Sequence record: SRR2962707_445
Strand: one strand, 5' to 3'
Length of the DNA stretch: 36,819 nucleotides
In this document: in pieces, positions 25,846-35,503 of the stretch
Layout: each line of letters starts with the position of its first letter
Position numbering within the stretch: the stretch's first letter is position 1
Notes under the pieces: generated by a model
The model's input: the letters and a program-made list of their open reading frames with translations, nothing else
Told to the model about the DNA's origin: nothing
Databases searched by the model: none
Position numbers and translations under genes: made by a program

Positions 25846-28194
25846 ATGCCAAGAGCATTGGTGGTTATTCTTTCAATACTGTTTGTAACAGGTTGTGCTG
25901 TGTTTGCTTCGCAGAACTTGGATCAAATGTACGGTGTTGAAAAAGTCTCTAATCGTGATGTCGATGTGTCTCAGAAAGACGCTGATTTTTATAATGAAAA
26001 AGTCCGTCCCATTTTGGATCATAGATGTGTCTCTTGTCATGCTTGTTACGATGCGCCTTGTCAGCTAAAGCTCACAGGCAAAGAAGGGATTGAGCGCGGC
26101 GGTTCGAAAGACCTTGTTTACGATGGCACGCGTTTATTAGCGGCAAAGCCTACGCGACTGTACATTGATGCGCATTCCCCAGAGGAATGGCGTAAAAAAG
26201 GCTTTTACCCAGCGCTTAACGAGCGCGGACAAAGCCCAGCTGCAAACCTAAATGGCAGTTTGATTTATCAGGCCATTTCTTTGCGCAAACAACAAGGCAA
26301 CTTTAACCAGCCCGTATTATCCGATGATTACGATTTTTCTTTAGCCAGAAATCAGCAGTGCTCCACGATCGAAGAATACGGTGATTTCAAATTGAACTAC
26401 CCGAAATGGGGCATGCCCTATGGGTTGCCGGCATTGAGTGCGGATGAGTTTGATATTTTATCTCAATGGTTAGCCAAAGGCGGCAAGATGCCAAAACAGG
26501 CGCCCTTGTCCGATAAAATGCAAAAGTTAGTCGCCTTGTGGGAAAAACGCTTTAATTCGTCGAATTTAAAAGGGCAATTAATTTCACGCTATATCTATGA
26601 GCACATTTATCTGTATAGCTTGTACCTTGGCAAAGGAAATGATCAACCGTTTAGATTGGTGCGTTCGAAAACGCCGCCAGGACAACCGATTGAGCGTATT
26701 GCCACGCGTCGCCCATACGATCCGCCAGGTGTCGATCATGTCTACTATCGCTTGTGGCAAGACCCTGAAGTGATTGTTCAGAAAAACCATATTCCATTCC
26801 AGTTGGATGAAGCGGTTTACAAGCGTTGGAATTCGTACTTCTACGCGACCGATTATAAGGTCACTAAAGACCCAGGTTATGACCGCGAAGTCGCCACCAA
26901 CCCATTTAAAGCGTTTCAAGAGATTCCAGCGGATGCCCGTTACCGATTCTTATTGGATCACGCTCAAGACACCATTATGTCCTTTATTAAAGGGCCTGTG
27001 TGTCGTGGCCAAGTTGCGGTTAACGTCATCAATGAAAACTTCTGGGTGTATTTTGTTAACCCTGACTTAACTTACAACAAAGAAACATCGGATTTCTTAG
27101 AAAATCAGGTGCAGCATTTGGATATGCCGGCGGTCAGTTCAAGTAATGCCTTGCCGTTGAGTTCTTGGGTGCGTTTTTCTGAGCAGCAGAAATCGTATTT
27201 GTCCGCGAAAGCTAAGTTGATTGAGAAAGAGGTAAATGCGGGTGCGCCGATTAATTTGGACCTTATTTGGGATGGCTACGGTTATAACAAAAATGCCGCA
27301 CTGACCATTTTTAGGCATTTTGATAATGCGACCGTTGTGAAAGGGCTCGTCGGGCAAAAACCAAAAACAGCATGGCTAATTGATTACCCATTATTAGAGC
27401 GTATTCACTACTTGTTGGTGGCGGGCTTTGATGTGTATGGCAACGTGGGTCACCAATTAGACACTCGTCTTTATATGGACTTTTTGCGCATGGAAGGGGA
27501 AATGAACTTCTTGCTTCTTTTGCCAAAAGACCAGCGTGAGAAAGTTCGTCAGTATTGGTACCGTGACGCCAATCAAAGCATTAAAAACTACATTTTTAGT
27601 GACTACATCAAGGTGCCAGTACAATCGCAGATTCATTATAAGACAACCCATTATCAGTCTGAACTTTATGATCAGCTGCGCGAACATTTGTCGAAGGTGC
27701 TGGACCACAGTCGTGACTTGGAAACCAGTCGTTTAACCCGCAAAGAAATTGCCACCCTGAAGCACTTACAGACGCTCAAAGGGGAAGGCTTGCGTTATTT
27801 GCCTAATACCGCGTTGGTGTTGGTGACGAAAAATGGCGCACCAAAAGAAGTGATTAGTCTGATTCATAATAAAGCACACTCGAATATTTCAAGTTTGTTT
27901 GATGAAGCGGCGGCACGTTTGCCTAATGAAGACAGCGTAACGGTTGTTAAAGGGGTGTTAGGGGATTATCCGAATGCCTTTATGGAAGTGGATGAAGGCA
28001 AGTTGAAAGCCTTTACAGAAGAGATTGCTAATATGGCAACGGCAAAGGATTATTCGAACCTGATGGCGCATTTTGGCGTGCGCCGAACGGACCCTCGTTT
28101 TTGGTCTGTCAGTGATGCGGTTGATAAATACAATCGCGAAGCGAGACCAAGAGAAAGTGGTATTCTGGATTATAACCGTTTGGAAAACCGCTAG
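25846..28194 (+). CDS. cti: Fatty acid cis/trans isomerase (cytochrome c-type), predicted lipoprotein
   Basis: RCVSCHACYDAPCQLKL heme-c motif, GMPYGLP, RIATRRPYDPPG, FIKGPVCRGQ, RHFDNA.V.KGL.G, LDYNRLENR C-terminus; lipobox-like VTGC. Confidence 0.9.
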   Translation: MPRALVVILSILFVTGCAVFASQNLDQMYGVEKVSNRDVDVSQKDADFYNEKVRPILDHRCVSCHACYDAPCQLKLTGKEGIERGGSKDLVYDGTRLLAAKPTRLYIDAHSPEEWRKKGFYPALNERGQSPAANLNGSLIYQAISLRKQQGNFNQPVLSDDYDFSLARNQQCSTIEEYGDFKLNYPKWGMPYGLPALSADEFDILSQWLAKGGKMPKQAPLSDKMQKLVALWEKRFNSSNLKGQLISRYIYEHIYLYSLYLGKGNDQPFRLVRSKTPPGQPIERIATRRPYDPPGVDHVYYRLWQDPEVIVQKNHIPFQLDEAVYKRWNSYFYATDYKVTKDPGYDREVATNPFKAFQEIPADARYRFLLDHAQDTIMSFIKGPVCRGQVAVNVINENFWVYFVNPDLTYNKETSDFLENQVQHLDMPAVSSSNALPLSSWVRFSEQQKSYLSAKAKLIEKEVNAGAPINLDLIWDGYGYNKNAALTIFRHFDNATVVKGLVGQKPKTAWLIDYPLLERIHYLLVAGFDVYGNVGHQLDTRLYMDFLRMEGEMNFLLLLPKDQREKVRQYWYRDANQSIKNYIFSDYIKVPVQSQIHYKTTHYQSELYDQLREHLSKVLDHSRDLETSRLTRKEIATLKHLQTLKGEGLRYLPNTALVLVTKNGAPKEVISLIHNKAHSNISSLFDEAAARLPNEDSVTVVKGVLGDYPNAFMEVDEGKLKAFTEEIANMATAKDYSNLMAHFGVRRTDPRFWSVSDAVDKYNREARPRESGILDYNRLENR

Positions 28195-28321
28195 TACGAA
28201 CGTTATTTATAGATATATCGAGATATCTCGAATCTTTTGCATTTGCTGCAAACTTTGAGCCTTGTCTATTGAGTAGATTACCCCAGATAATGGGGTATAT
28301 TCTATTCAATGGACGAGCGCT

Positions 28322-29317
28322 ATGATTCCACTTTCTATTCTTGACCTTTCGCCTATTACGGAAGGGAGCAGTATCTCTGATTCTTTTGCTCAAAGTCGGT
28401 TAATGGCTCAGCAGGCAGAGGCGAAGGGTTACAAGCGCTTCTGGTTGGCTGAACACCACGGCATGTCTAATGTGGCGAGTTCTTCGCCCGCTGTTTTATT
28501 GTCTCATCTCGGTGCGGCAACGAGCACCATTCGATTGGGTTCTGGCGGTGTTATGCTGCCGAATCACTCACCTTTGATTATTGCGGAGCAATTTGGCACC
28601 TTGGCGGAGCTGTACCCGAATCGTATTGATTTAGGTTTAGGGCGAGCGCCGGGCACCGACATGCAAACCGCAAGAGCCTTGCGTCGTAATATGAACGCCG
28701 CGGTGGATCAATACCCTGATGATGTACAGGAATTGCAGCAGTTGCTGGGCAAGCCGACGAGCAATCAAAAAGTCATTGCGGTTCCTGGTCGCAATACCCA
28801 AGTGCCTATTTGGATGCTAGGGTCCAGTTTATACAGTGCGCAAGTTGCCGCTGAGTTTGGTTTGCCTTATTCGTTTGCTTCCCATTTTGCGCCCGATCAA
28901 TTAATTCAAGCCTTAACCGTGTACCGTCGCCATTATCGACCAACAGAAGAAAACCCTGTGCCGCGAACGATGGCGGGTGTGATGGCTGTTGTTGCACAGA
29001 CGGATGAAGAGGCCGCCTACCTATTTACTTCTGTCCAGCAGCAATTTATCAATTTGCGTCGGGGTAATAATGTGCCCTTTGCGAAGCCTGTAGAATCAAT
29101 GGATGCGCTTTGGTCTGCTAGCGAGAAACACATGATTCATCATACGTTGCAGTATGCGTTTGTTGGCTCAAAAGCGTCGGTGAAGTTTAAGATGAAAAGC
29201 TTTGTCGAAAGGACAGGCATTGATGAGCTGATTGTCTCTTTTCCCATTTTTGATGCCCAGAAACGCTTGCAGGCACTGGCTCTGATGGCGGAAGTGCGAG
29301 ACGAATTGAGTGCTTAA
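28322..29317 (+). CDS. Luciferase-like (LLM class) flavin monooxygenase, YhbW-like
   Basis: [65 protein letters not shown]. Confidence 0.9.
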   Translation: MIPLSILDLSPITEGSSISDSFAQSRLMAQQAEAKGYKRFWLAEHHGMSNVASSSPAVLLSHLGAATSTIRLGSGGVMLPNHSPLIIAEQFGTLAELYPNRIDLGLGRAPGTDMQTARALRRNMNAAVDQYPDDVQELQQLLGKPTSNQKVIAVPGRNTQVPIWMLGSSLYSAQVAAEFGLPYSFASHFAPDQLIQALTVYRRHYRPTEENPVPRTMAGVMAVVAQTDEEAAYLFTSVQQQFINLRRGNNVPFAKPVESMDALWSASEKHMIHHTLQYAFVGSKASVKFKMKSFVERTGIDELIVSFPIFDAQKRLQALALMAEVRDELSA

Positions 29318-29319
29318 TA

Positions 29320-29355
29320 ATAAGAGCCCCACAGGTTAGGTTTTGGGGCTCTTAT
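29320..29355. terminator. Bidirectional terminator between the LLM gene and lpxL
   Basis: ATAAGAGCCCCA / TGGGGCTCTTAT perfect 12-bp inverted repeat between convergent genes. Confidence 0.75.
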
Positions 29356-29363
29356 ATTCGGCT

Positions 29364-30293
29364 TTACTTGTCGTTGTAAGGGGAAGGATCGCCCTTTACT
29401 GGCTGAGTTTTAAAGCGACGGTGAGACCAAAGGTATTGCTCTTTTTTGGTCGAAATAGCGTCTTCCATGAGCTTATTGATAATGGTGGCGTTGGTCACGT
29501 CGTCTTCGGTTGGGTAGTTTTCTACTTCGGTAAAGCGGTACGTGTAACCGTTTTCTGTGCGTCCGTAGTCCAACATCAAGACAGGTGCTTTCGTCATTTT
29601 AGCGATGCGGCCAATATGAGAAATGGTGGCGCATTCGCGACCAAAGAAAGGAGCGAAAACAGAGTGCTTGCGTCCGTAATCTTGGTCGACTGCGTACCAG
29701 ACTGGCTTGTTTAACTTAAGGGATTTCAGTACTTCTCGCATGTCTGAGCGTTCGATGGTTTTGCTGTAGACTTTTTTGCGTTGATGCTCCATGACCCAGT
29801 TAAACACAGGATTATTTTGGCGTTTATAAATCGGGTGCAGGTCTAGGTGGCTGGCGATAAGGGTGCCGCACAAATCCAATGGCGCAAAGTGGCCGCTGAT
29901 CAGAATGCAGCCTTTGCCCGCTTCAAGGGCTTTATCAACCACGGCTTGTGAGTCGAAATCCACTCTAGGCATCAGTTTTGATGCTGGCTGATACCAGGCA
30001 TCAAAGGTCTCTAGAAACCCTTTGCCAGCACTAATAAAGTGTTGGCGAGTGAGTGCTTTGCGCTCTTCTGGGGTCATGTCTGGGTAGCAGATTTGCAAGT
30101 TAACGTCGCATATGTGGCGACGACGAGCGGCGGTTTTATGCAGTAATAAACCCAAGTATTTTCCCAGTGTCTGCTTGGCACGCCAAGGCAGAAAGCTGAC
30201 CAGATAGGTGATGGACATGGCCAGCCAAGTTAGCCAGTATTTGGGTGCAAGTAGCTGCTTGAATGTTAATTCTGTCGTGCTTTTCTTAGCCAC
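29364..30293 (-). CDS. lpxL: Lipid A biosynthesis lauroyl/palmitoleoyl acyltransferase (LpxL/LpxP family)
   Basis: L.PKYWLTW, HF...D (H-X4-D), DQDYG...SVFAPFFG, EQYLW.HRRFKT; GTG 30293 with GGAGG SD. Confidence 0.88.
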   Translation of the reverse strand: MAKKSTTELTFKQLLAPKYWLTWLAMSITYLVSFLPWRAKQTLGKYLGLLLHKTAARRRHICDVNLQICYPDMTPEERKALTRQHFISAGKGFLETFDAWYQPASKLMPRVDFDSQAVVDKALEAGKGCILISGHFAPLDLCGTLIASHLDLHPIYKRQNNPVFNWVMEHQRKKVYSKTIERSDMREVLKSLKLNKPVWYAVDQDYGRKHSVFAPFFGRECATISHIGRIAKMTKAPVLMLDYGRTENGYTYRFTEVENYPTEDDVTNATIINKLMEDAISTKKEQYLWSHRRFKTQPVKGDPSPYNDK

Positions 30294-30996
30294 GATATCC
30301 CTCCAGTAAATCACGCCACTGAGCATCAGAGACGTTAAAATTTGTGTGTATTTGAGACTCTTTATCGAGTGAACGCTTTAGGCGGTTGATGTTGCCTTGA
30401 GTCCACTCGTCATGTATTTCGCGTTGCTCGCATTTGTCAAAATCAATGATCCAAACTTTTTGCTGTTTGTCGATCATGATATTGTGACAGTTAAGATCAC
30501 TATGATGTATGCCGTGTCGATGAAACTCTTGTATCACATGGCCTATGTTTTTCCAGTCTACTGAGTCGCTGTTGCCGGCTTTAAGTATGTCGAATAAGTC
30601 GGTAGCGTCTTCAATGGTTTGGGTTAATAAATGGGCGCGATAAAAGCCCCATTTTTTCCGATAGATACCCGCAATCGGCTGTGGTACTGGTAAGCCAAGC
30701 TCGACCATGGTTTCAAGCAAGCTTAGTTCTTGCCAAGGGCGCGTGTCGCTTGGTTTGGTAAATAAAAAGGCGTCTTTATTAAATTTCGCGATCAATCCAC
30801 CGCGTCGATAGCGACGCATGACGAAGTTTCCAAACTCGCTGTTAATAAACCACACTTCACCACGACCGTGTCCCGTGCCGATCAGGGCATTTTTCTTTTG
30901 CCAATAATCCGCTGAGAACCAGTCTGATTCAATAGGCAGAGACGCCTTGCTACACAAGAGTGTGGTGTTGGCGTCAATAATATGAGGATCCGGCAT
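30286..30996 (-). CDS. kdkA: 3-deoxy-D-manno-octulosonic acid (Kdo) kinase
   Basis: G.GRG..WF, RRYRRGGL..K, LPVP.P, HSDLNCHNI, IIDFDKC, N..RLKRS..K. Confidence 0.9.
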   Translation of the reverse strand: MPDPHIIDANTTLLCSKASLPIESDWFSADYWQKKNALIGTGHGRGEVWFINSEFGNFVMRRYRRGGLIAKFNKDAFLFTKPSDTRPWQELSLLETMVELGLPVPQPIAGIYRKKWGFYRAHLLTQTIEDATDLFDILKAGNSDSVDWKNIGHVIQEFHRHGIHHSDLNCHNIMIDKQQKVWIIDFDKCEQREIHDEWTQGNINRLKRSLDKESQIHTNFNVSDAQWRDLLEGYRG

Positions 30997-31103
30997 AGGG
31001 CTCGCTTAATCATTGTTCATTTATTGTGCCAGATAAATTTAGACACATTCAAAGCAGCCTATTCTATAATAATCGCCGATTTTAAACAGCACTTGAGGAT
31101 AAG

Positions 31104-32132
31104 ATGACACAAGAAAGCATTCAACGAATTGCCATAGTGCGATTGTCGGCGTTGGGCGATGTTTGCCACGCAATGTCTGTGGTAACTGCAATGCAAGCGC
31201 GCTACCCCGATGCCCAAATCACCTGGATAACTGGGCCTGCTGAGGCGCAATTGGTTCGTTTGATGCCGAATATCGATGTGCGCATTTACCATAAAAAATC
31301 AGGGTTTAAGGGCTTGTTCGCCTTGGGTAAGTCGCTCAAAGGCGTCAACTTCGATATTTTGTTGCATATGCAGTGGTCATTGCGAGCGAGCTTATTAACC
31401 CGAGTATTGAGTGCGAAAAGACGCATTGGTTTTGCGAAGTCCCATTCTCGTGAAAAGCAGCATTGGTTTGTTAATGAATTAGCGCCAGAGCCCACAGGAA
31501 AGCATGTGTTGGATGCTTTGATGTCATTAGCGCGAGCGATTGATGTGCCGAACCAAGCACCGGCTTGGCGCTTGTCTATTCCTGAGAGTGGTCTGTCGTT
31601 GCCGGAACGTTTTGTGGTGGTGAACCCTTGTGGTTCAAAGGTAACCAAAGACTGGACCTTAGCTGGCTACCGACGTGTGATTGAGTCACTTTTGTCGAAA
31701 GGGCTTGCTGTGGTGGTGACCGGTGGGCCGAGTGAGCGTGAAATGGCTGTCTGTAATGCGGTGAGTGAAGGGCTTGATGTGTTGAATCTGGTGGGCAAAA
31801 CGAGCATTGCGTCGCTGCTGGACGTGATTCAAAAAGCGGCCTTGATCATTAGCCCTGACACTGGGCCTGCGCACATGGCGACGATAGTGAATACACCGGT
31901 TGTTGCGCTGTTTGCCTTATCGAATCCAAAGCGTACAGGACCGTATAATGACCAAGAGAATATTGTCAGTGTGTATCGTGAGCTGGTGGAAGAAGAGTCT
32001 GGGAAGTCGGTAGAAGCACTGCCTTGGGCAACCACGGTACATCGTGAAGACGCCATGGCTCAGTTACCCCAAGACGCGGTGATGGCAAAGGTAGATAGTG
32101 TGGTTCGTCAGCTGGGTTTGCTGACTCCCTAG
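31104..32132 (+). CDS. Glycosyltransferase family 9 heptosyltransferase (OpsX/WaaC-like)
   Basis: RLSALGDVCHA, LLHMQ.SLRAS, NL.GKT, SPDTGPAHMA, SNP.RTGPY; divergent from kdkA. Confidence 0.88.
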   Translation: MTQESIQRIAIVRLSALGDVCHAMSVVTAMQARYPDAQITWITGPAEAQLVRLMPNIDVRIYHKKSGFKGLFALGKSLKGVNFDILLHMQWSLRASLLTRVLSAKRRIGFAKSHSREKQHWFVNELAPEPTGKHVLDALMSLARAIDVPNQAPAWRLSIPESGLSLPERFVVVNPCGSKVTKDWTLAGYRRVIESLLSKGLAVVVTGGPSEREMAVCNAVSEGLDVLNLVGKTSIASLLDVIQKAALIISPDTGPAHMATIVNTPVVALFALSNPKRTGPYNDQENIVSVYRELVEEESGKSVEALPWATTVHREDAMAQLPQDAVMAKVDSVVRQLGLLTP

Positions 32133-32202
32133 CGGGTTTTGTTTGTTCACTAGGGCAAGCGACAAGCGACAAGCAGCAAGAGTGACGTGATCCGTGATCA
32201 AG

Positions 32203-32248
32203 AATAAAGGGTTAAACGAGGCGCACAAGTCGCTTTTAACCCTTTATT
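32203..32248. terminator. Bidirectional terminator between the GT9 and MTHFR-like genes
   Basis: AATAAAGGGTTAAA / TTTAACCCTTTATT perfect 14-bp inverted repeat. Confidence 0.7.
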
Positions 32249-32260
32249 GATGAGTGTGTA

Positions 32261-33217
32261 TTAAAGCAGTGCTTGTTCCGCTAGTTTTAAATCCAGAGTG
32301 GCTTTTAGCAGTCTATAAAGGTGAATCGACGCATCGATCTCTTCTTTTCGGTTGGTGAGACTTTCTATGTTCAAGCCGAGTGGCACGCCATCAGGCAGCG
32401 CCGTTTCCATAATCAATTCCAATGCGCTGCGACAGATTTTAATAGATTCATCCAATGGGGTTTCTGAACCTAGAATGCGATTTTTGGTCGCAACAGGCAC
32501 CGAGATGCCCAACCACTCCATAAATTCCAATGTTTTGGCGCTACCGCAAGGTGTGAATGTCAAGATCACTCGTTTTGGCGCTACGCCTTGTGCTTTGCAA
32601 GTCTGTGCATATTGACTGATTAAGTCAGCGGTCGCTTGAGGGTTATACACCGCTTGGGAGATGAAGAATTCACAGCCCGCTTCTGATTTGTTGATTAAGC
32701 GTAGATGCTCGTCTTTTTTCTTGGCGTGACGTTCTGCAATCGTGACGCCACCAAGATTGAAATCAAGAGGCATCTTGCCAAGGGTGGCGTAGGCTTCAGA
32801 CAGTGGCAGTTTGATGTCGCCTTCAGAAGAGGGGGAGCCAACCAAAACGATGTCTTTGATATCGAAGTCATCCCACGCTTCTTGTAACCACTGGGTGAAT
32901 TCTTCTGTGGAGCGTGAAGACACGGATTTGTAAGTGATCACAGGCTTGTTGGACGCGTCTTTTAGGCGTTTTGACCAAGCGCGAGGGTCGTGTGTTTCCA
33001 TAAAAGGAAAAGGACGTGGTTTATCAATACGGCTACTTTCATCTTGAATGTCATAAACGATAAGGCCATCCACTTCAATATTATCAAGGCGTTGCAATAA
33101 TTTTTGGCTGATAAGGTCAAGTTGCTCGTCTTCAATGGATGAGCGTGGTGGTGTGGTGCCGATGAAGTAAACGCCGCGGCTTGGGTCGGCAAACTTGGTT
33201 GCTAATTCCGATTTCAT
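32261..33217 (-). CDS. 5,10-methylenetetrahydrofolate reductase-like protein
   Basis: TPP near the N-terminus, LGGVTIAERH, E..RL..K..AG.EFFISQAVY (MTHFR-like K...GA.F.ITQ), WLGI.VP; ATG 33217 preferred over GTG 33247. Confidence 0.65.
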   Translation of the reverse strand: MKSELATKFADPSRGVYFIGTTPPRSSIEDEQLDLISQKLLQRLDNIEVDGLIVYDIQDESSRIDKPRPFPFMETHDPRAWSKRLKDASNKPVITYKSVSSRSTEEFTQWLQEAWDDFDIKDIVLVGSPSSEGDIKLPLSEAYATLGKMPLDFNLGGVTIAERHAKKKDEHLRLINKSEAGCEFFISQAVYNPQATADLISQYAQTCKAQGVAPKRVILTFTPCGSAKTLEFMEWLGISVPVATKNRILGSETPLDESIKICRSALELIMETALPDGVPLGLNIESLTNRKEEIDASIHLYRLLKATLDLKLAEQALL

Positions 33218-33299
33218 GATGACAGGCTCTAAGTAGATGAAACGCACGTCTTATTGCGAAGTGTTTCGTTGTTCTTTAATGTTGTGTATATCCTAACAG

Positions 33300-33312
33300 T
33301 GAATTGCTTTCA
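33300..33312. promoter_or_regulatory. MetR-like box upstream of the MTHFR-like gene
   Basis: TGAA-TTGCT-TTCA matches TGAA-N5-TTCA, about 85 nt upstream of the start. Confidence 0.45.
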
Positions 33313-33397
33313 GGATCACCTGTTTGATCTTGAATAAAACTAAAGATGAGGTGAGTTAGTTTGATCCACTGACCTTATAACGAAACAAGAGGTTCCT

Positions 33398-33937
33398 ATG
33401 CTTGATTTAAATGCGCTTGAAAAGGATAAGAAATCTGGCTTGCCGCCAGTGCATACATGGCATCCTGAGTTCTGTGGCGACATGGATCTGGTAGTAAAAG
33501 CGAATGGTGACTGGATTCACGACGGCGATAAAATAAAGCGCCCTAAGATGGTGACCTTGTTTTCGCATATTTTATGGTATGAAAACGGCGAGTATTTTTT
33601 GGTGACGCCGGTGGAAAAAGTGCGCATACAGGTAGAGGATGCGCCTTTTTTGGTGACCAAGTGGCGTTACATTGATACCGATAAAGGTCAAGCCATTGAA
33701 TTCACTACATTAACCGATGATGTGGTTGTGTTAGGGGAGGATTGCGAGCTTTGGTTGGCGGGCGAAGAGCACGCTGAACGACCTTATATTTCCATGCGTT
33801 ATGGCATGAAGGCGATGCTTCACCGAAATGTTTTTTATCAGCTTGTTGAAGAGCTGGTCGCGGTCTCTACGCCGCAAGGGAATGGGATGGGCTTGATGAG
33901 TGCAGGGCAGGCGTATTTATTAATCCCAGATGAGTGA
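33398..33937 (+). CDS. DUF1285 family protein
   Basis: LPPVH.W.P.FCGDMD....G.W.H.G..I.R..MV.LFS.IL, Y.LVTPVEKV.I.VEDAPF, RPY, L.R.VFY.L. Confidence 0.85.
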   Translation: MLDLNALEKDKKSGLPPVHTWHPEFCGDMDLVVKANGDWIHDGDKIKRPKMVTLFSHILWYENGEYFLVTPVEKVRIQVEDAPFLVTKWRYIDTDKGQAIEFTTLTDDVVVLGEDCELWLAGEEHAERPYISMRYGMKAMLHRNVFYQLVEELVAVSTPQGNGMGLMSAGQAYLLIPDE

Positions 33938-34033
33938 AATCCTCGTGTGTGCGCTTGCTAGGCTGGGGTATAATAGTCCGTATTCATCACGGCCGTTAGG
34001 TTGTGTTTTCGTTTTTAGAAAGGGGTAGGTTAC

Positions 34034-35380
34034 TTGTTGTTCAAAGATTTTGGTTTTGATAATCGTATTTTAAAATCCATCGACCATTTGGGGTTTGAGG
34101 AGGCGACGGAAATTCAGTCGCGTGCTATTCCTGAAGCCCTGGCTGGGCGAGATTTATTGGCGTCGTCTAAAACCGGATCAGGAAAAACACTGGCCTACCT
34201 TTTGCCTGCTTTGCATCGCGTTTATAAAACCCGTGCATTGTCTAAGCGCGACCCGCGTGTTGTGGTGTTGGTGCCGACTCGAGAGTTGGCTAAGCAGGTT
34301 TATGGTCAGCTGCGCTTGTTGTTAGCGGGCAGTCGTTATACTTCTATCTTGATTCAAGGGGGGGAGAACTTTAACGATCAGCATAAGCAGTTGCAAAAAG
34401 ACCCTCACTTCATCGTTGCAACACCTGGACGCCTGGTGGATCACTTAAAACAGCGTCATGTGTTTTTGGAAGGATTGGAATTGTTGATTCTTGATGAAGC
34501 CGATCGCATGTTGGATCTGGGGTTTGCGGAAGCAGTGCGTGCTATTAATTCGGCGGCCAGCCATCGTTTAAGACAAACGCTGTTCTTCTCTGCGACCTTG
34601 GACAACACAGACGTCAGTGAAATCGCCAGCGAATTGCTAAAAGAGCCTTCTCGAGTCGCCATTGGTCAAGGCTATGATGAGCACAAAGACATCGAGCAGC
34701 ATGTTTATCTGTGTGATCATCTGGATCATAAGCAAGACATTCTAAAACAACTTATCACCGGTCAAACCATCAAGCAGGCGATTGTCTTTACGGCAACCAA
34801 AAGTGATACCGCTCGCTTGGCTGAGATGATTGAAGGATGGGGGCTGACGACTCAAGCGCTGAATGGAAATCTGTCCCAAGCCGCACGTAATAAGGTCATG
34901 GAGAGTTTTGCGAAAGGGCAATTCACTGTGTTGGTCAGTACCGATATCGCGTCGAGAGGCTTGGATATTGCCAGTGTCAGTCATGTCTTTAACTTTGACT
35001 TACCAAAGCAAGCCGAAGAGTTTGTGCACCGTACAGGTCGTACTGGGCGCGCTGGCTTCAAAGGGGATGCTTACTCATTAGTAGGCCCTAAAGATTGGCA
35101 CAATTTTAAAGCCATTGAAGCCTTTTTGCAGCGCAAATTTGACAGCGACGTCATCGAAGGTTTGGAGCCGAAGTTCAAAGGTTTGGCGCCTGCGAAACCC
35201 GCTCGTAAATTCGACAAAACGCCGGTGGCGACTAAAGCGCGTAAGGCCACTAAAAAAGCGCCGCGTAAAGCCGCAGGGCAAGAGCGTTTCCATGATAACA
35301 AGCAAGACGGTTTTGAAGCCTTTAAACTTCCGCCAAAGCGTTTTCCAACGCCAACAGACACAGGCGATGAAGACGCCTAG
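34034..35380 (+). CDS. DEAD-box RNA helicase (SrmB/RhlE-like) with basic C-terminal tail
   Basis: SKTGSGKT, PTRELA, TPGRL, DEAD, SAT, SRGLD, HRTGRTGRAG; TTG start with AGGGG SD. Confidence 0.9.
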   Translation: MLFKDFGFDNRILKSIDHLGFEEATEIQSRAIPEALAGRDLLASSKTGSGKTLAYLLPALHRVYKTRALSKRDPRVVVLVPTRELAKQVYGQLRLLLAGSRYTSILIQGGENFNDQHKQLQKDPHFIVATPGRLVDHLKQRHVFLEGLELLILDEADRMLDLGFAEAVRAINSAASHRLRQTLFFSATLDNTDVSEIASELLKEPSRVAIGQGYDEHKDIEQHVYLCDHLDHKQDILKQLITGQTIKQAIVFTATKSDTARLAEMIEGWGLTTQALNGNLSQAARNKVMESFAKGQFTVLVSTDIASRGLDIASVSHVFNFDLPKQAEEFVHRTGRTGRAGFKGDAYSLVGPKDWHNFKAIEAFLQRKFDSDVIEGLEPKFKGLAPAKPARKFDKTPVATKARKATKKAPRKAAGQERFHDNKQDGFEAFKLPPKRFPTPTDTGDEDA

Positions 35381-35420
35381 TCTCGCCTCGTTGAGCGATC
35401 TAATGGTTTTATAACATTGT

Positions 35421-35466
35421 GCGTGATTTAGCGTTTTATTGTTTGACAGTTGAGCCTAAATCACGC
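35421..35466. repeat. Perfect 11-bp inverted repeat upstream of the GcvA-like gene (terminator or operator)
   Basis: GCGTGATTTAG (35421-35431) / CTAAATCACGC (35456-35466); the loop contains TTGACA. Confidence 0.5.
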
Positions 35467-35503
35467 TATTGATTAGTTTTCCTCTTTTATTGGAGATGGG
35501 CCT

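Noticed and set aside
32156-32180. Short tandem CAAGCGA-like repeat
   Set aside because: Only 3-4 degenerate 6-7 nt units with no spacers; not CRISPR and no evident function.
33236-33251. Single Met-box-like octamer (GCACGTCT) upstream of the MTHFR-like gene
   Set aside because: MetJ needs tandem 8-bp boxes, and the neighbouring octamers do not match.
7421-35414. Numerous 60-125 aa antisense or alternate-frame ORFs inside long genes (e.g. 9834-10136, 12802-13155, 19097-19471, 29343-29714)
   Set aside because: Shadow ORFs of well-supported genes, lacking SDs and motifs.
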